From an uncultured Thermotogae bacterium (GTDB lineage Bacteria > Bipolaricaulota > Bipolaricaulia > UBA7950 > UBA9294): a DNA stretch of 36,109 nucleotides. The DNA is taken from assembly GCA_964635895.1 (NCBI GenBank), contig CAZWQN010000005.1, forward strand, positions 1 to 36,109. The letters run 5' to 3'. Shown here piece after piece: positions 33,108 to 36,109 of the stretch (position 1 is the first letter of the stretch; every line of letters begins with the position of its first letter). The position numbers and the translations under genes were made by a program. The notes beneath the pieces were generated by a model. It was not told the DNA's origin. It saw only the letters and a program-made list of their open reading frames with translations, and ran no database searches.

Positions 33108-35333
33108 ATGATCCGATTCGACAAGATGACCGAGGGAACCCAAGAGCTGTTCCGTGAGGCGCAGGACCTCCTGACGCGATACAAGCACAACCAGCTCGAC
33201 GTAGAGCACATCGCCTACGTCCTCGTGAGCCAGGAGGGGGTCGGCCGTGAGATCCTTCAGGCGATGGGGGTGAAGCCCGACGCCCTGGCGAAGGACCTCG
33301 ACGTCTTGCTCAAGTCGAAGCCGTCGGTGGCCGGCCAGATCGGCGGCCAGGTGTACATCACGCCTCGGCTGGATGGGGTCGTCACCGCGGCCCAGATGGA
33401 GGCCGACCGGCTGCACGACGAGTACATCGGATCGGACCACCTTCTCCTCGCGATCAGTCGAACGACGGATCCACAACTTCGGCGGGTGCTTGGGAGACAC
33501 CAGATCACCCCGGAGGCAATCTACACCTCGCTCCGCGACGTCCGCGGCGAGCAGCGGGTCACCGACCAGGCCGCGGAAGACCGCTATCAGATCCTGAAGA
33601 AGTACTCGACCAATCTCACGGAGCGAGCGAAGCGCGGCGAGCTCGATCCGGTCATCGGCCGGGAGGAAGAGATCCGGCGGATGGAGCAGATCCTGTCGCG
33701 CCGCCGGAAGAATAACCCCGTCCTGATCGGCGAACCGGGAGTCGGAAAGACGGCCGTGGTAGAAGGGCTGGCCCAGCGGATGGCCGACGGGAACGTCCCC
33801 GACTCGTTGAAAGGCAAGGAGATCGTCGCCTTGGACATCGCGGCGATGGTGGCCGGCTCCAAGTTCCGCGGCGAGTTCGAAGACCGGCTGAAGTCCGTCA
33901 TCCGCGAGATCGAAGCTCACACCGGACAGACGATCCTGTTCGTCGACGAGCTGCATACGCTGGTCGGCGCCGGCGCGGCGGAGGGAGCGATCGACGCGTC
34001 GAACATGCTCAAGGAGCCGCTGTCGCGCGGTCGCTTCCAACTCATCGGCGCGACGACGCTCGACGAGTACCGAGAGCACATCGAGAAGGATTCTGCGTTC
34101 GAGCGGCGATTCCAGAAGGTGTTCGTGCCCGAGCCGTCGATTGACGAGACGATCCAGATTCTCCGCGGGCTGCGGGAGACGCTCGAGAAACACCATCAGG
34201 TCAAGATCACCGACGAAGCGATCGAGGCGGCCGCCCGCCTGTCCGAGCGCTACCTCTCCGACCGCTTCCTCCCCGACAAGGCCATCGACCTCATCGACGA
34301 GGCGGGGAGCCGGCTGCGTGTGGACGCAAGCGGGACGGAGGTCAGGCCGGCCGAGATCGCGGCCCTCGTGTCGCAGTGGACCGGGATTCCCGCCGAGCGG
34401 ATGCTCGAAGAGGAGCGATCGCGGCTCACCGCGATGGAGGCCGCCCTCCACGCGCGGCTCATCGACCAGGACGAGGGGGTGCGCGCCGTCGCCGAGGCAG
34501 TGCGCCACTCGCGGGCCGGGCTCTCCGACCCGCGCCGCCCGATCGGCACGTTCCTGTTCCTCGGCCCAACGGGGGTGGGAAAGACAGAGATGGCGAAGGC
34601 TCTGGCCGCGTTCCTGTTCGGCAGCGACACGGCTCTCCTGCGCATCGACATGTCCGAGTACATGGAGCGCCACGCCGCCGCCCGCCTGATCGGGTCGCCG
34701 CCCGGTTACATCGGCTACGAGGAGGGGGGGCAGCTGACGGAGGCGGTTCGACGCCGGCCGTACCAGGTCATCCTGTTCGACGAGCTGGAGAAGGCTCACC
34801 CTCAGGTGATGAACCTCCTCCTGCAACTCCTCGACGAGGGACGCCTCACGGACGGCCACGGGCGCACCGTCGACTTCCGCCACACCATCCTCATCATGAC
34901 GTCGAACGTCGGGAGCGAGTTCTTCCAATCGGACGACGACGAGGCGACGATCCACAAGCGGATCCGCGACGAGCTGCGGAAGATGCTGCGGCCGGAGTTC
35001 CTAAACCGAATCGACGAGATCGTCATCTTCCACCCGCTCGACGAGGCGGCGATCGAGAAGATCGTCGAGCTGAAGATCGCCGAGCTGAACGGACGCCTTG
35101 CCGAGCAGCGGATCCGCCTGACGTTGACCCCCGAGGCGAAGCGGATCCTGGCGAAGGAGGGGTTCGACCCGCACTACGGCGCCCGGCCGCTCGCCCGGGC
35201 GCTCAAGCGTCTCGTGGAGAACCCGCTCGCGTCGAAGATCGTCGCCGGCGAGATTCACGAAGGGGACTCCGTTGCCGTCGACGCTGCGGCCATGTCCGAC
35301 GCGCTTGTGCTCCGGCGCCAGGTCGCCGCGTAG
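33108..35333 (+). CDS. Class I Hsp100/Clp AAA+ ATPase, ClpB/ClpC-like, without middle domain
   Basis: Clp N-domain repeats; NBD1 [33 protein letters not shown]; NBD2 [39 protein letters not shown]. Confidence 0.93.
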   Translation: MIRFDKMTEGTQELFREAQDLLTRYKHNQLDVEHIAYVLVSQEGVGREILQAMGVKPDALAKDLDVLLKSKPSVAGQIGGQVYITPRLDGVVTAAQMEADRLHDEYIGSDHLLLAISRTTDPQLRRVLGRHQITPEAIYTSLRDVRGEQRVTDQAAEDRYQILKKYSTNLTERAKRGELDPVIGREEEIRRMEQILSRRRKNNPVLIGEPGVGKTAVVEGLAQRMADGNVPDSLKGKEIVALDIAAMVAGSKFRGEFEDRLKSVIREIEAHTGQTILFVDELHTLVGAGAAEGAIDASNMLKEPLSRGRFQLIGATTLDEYREHIEKDSAFERRFQKVFVPEPSIDETIQILRGLRETLEKHHQVKITDEAIEAAARLSERYLSDRFLPDKAIDLIDEAGSRLRVDASGTEVRPAEIAALVSQWTGIPAERMLEEERSRLTAMEAALHARLIDQDEGVRAVAEAVRHSRAGLSDPRRPIGTFLFLGPTGVGKTEMAKALAAFLFGSDTALLRIDMSEYMERHAAARLIGSPPGYIGYEEGGQLTEAVRRRPYQVILFDELEKAHPQVMNLLLQLLDEGRLTDGHGRTVDFRHTILIMTSNVGSEFFQSDDDEATIHKRIRDELRKMLRPEFLNRIDEIVIFHPLDEAAIEKIVELKIAELNGRLAEQRIRLTLTPEAKRILAKEGFDPHYGARPLARALKRLVENPLASKIVAGEIHEGDSVAVDAAAMSDALVLRRQVAA

Positions 35334-35354
35334 CCGGCGAAGTCCGCTCGTCGC

Positions 35355-36109
<755 letters not shown>

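Noticed and set aside
32832-34955. Long antisense ORFs opposite the Hsp100 gene, and also 29292..31382, 14702..16348, 7807..9564, 26863..28368
   Set aside because: Typical stop-poor antisense frames of high-GC coding DNA, with no recognisable motifs or translation signals.

Overview
A 36-kb, roughly 70% GC bacterial chromosomal window, densely coded, with no rRNA, tRNA or CRISPR array seen. The left 10 kb (minus strand) is a tightly coupled hopanoid/isoprenoid cluster: polyprenyl diphosphate synthase, hpnH, hpnG-like, ispG, shc, ispH and a yjbQ-family gene, possibly continuing off the left edge. Directly upstream sit a DUF3467 gene, a membrane-embedded HisKA_3-type sensor kinase and two NarL/LuxR response regulators, the second ending 1 bp before the first biosynthetic gene. 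The middle is an osmotic/ion-homeostasis neighbourhood: MscS, a DUF401-like membrane protein, a Cys-repeat protein, USP, an OpuC-type ABC importer, an intact but catalytically eroded IS481-like transposase, and an archaeal-looking TrkA/TrkH pair. The right part is mostly housekeeping: rnhA, holA, secD, yajC, mgtE, ggt, ybaK, pepF, an HD protein, a short-chain ChrA pair, a CIRCE-preceded Hsp100 ATPase and a partial pyrB. The best candidates for novelty are: (1) a DesK-like sensor cascade physically attached to hopanoid synthesis; (2) a ClpB-like Hsp100 lacking both the M-domain and the ClpP-binding loop; (3) a possibly domesticated IS481 transposase; (4) a recurrent leaderless-promoter architecture. 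All family calls come from reading motifs by eye; no database search was run, and several start codons are my refinements of the ORF track.
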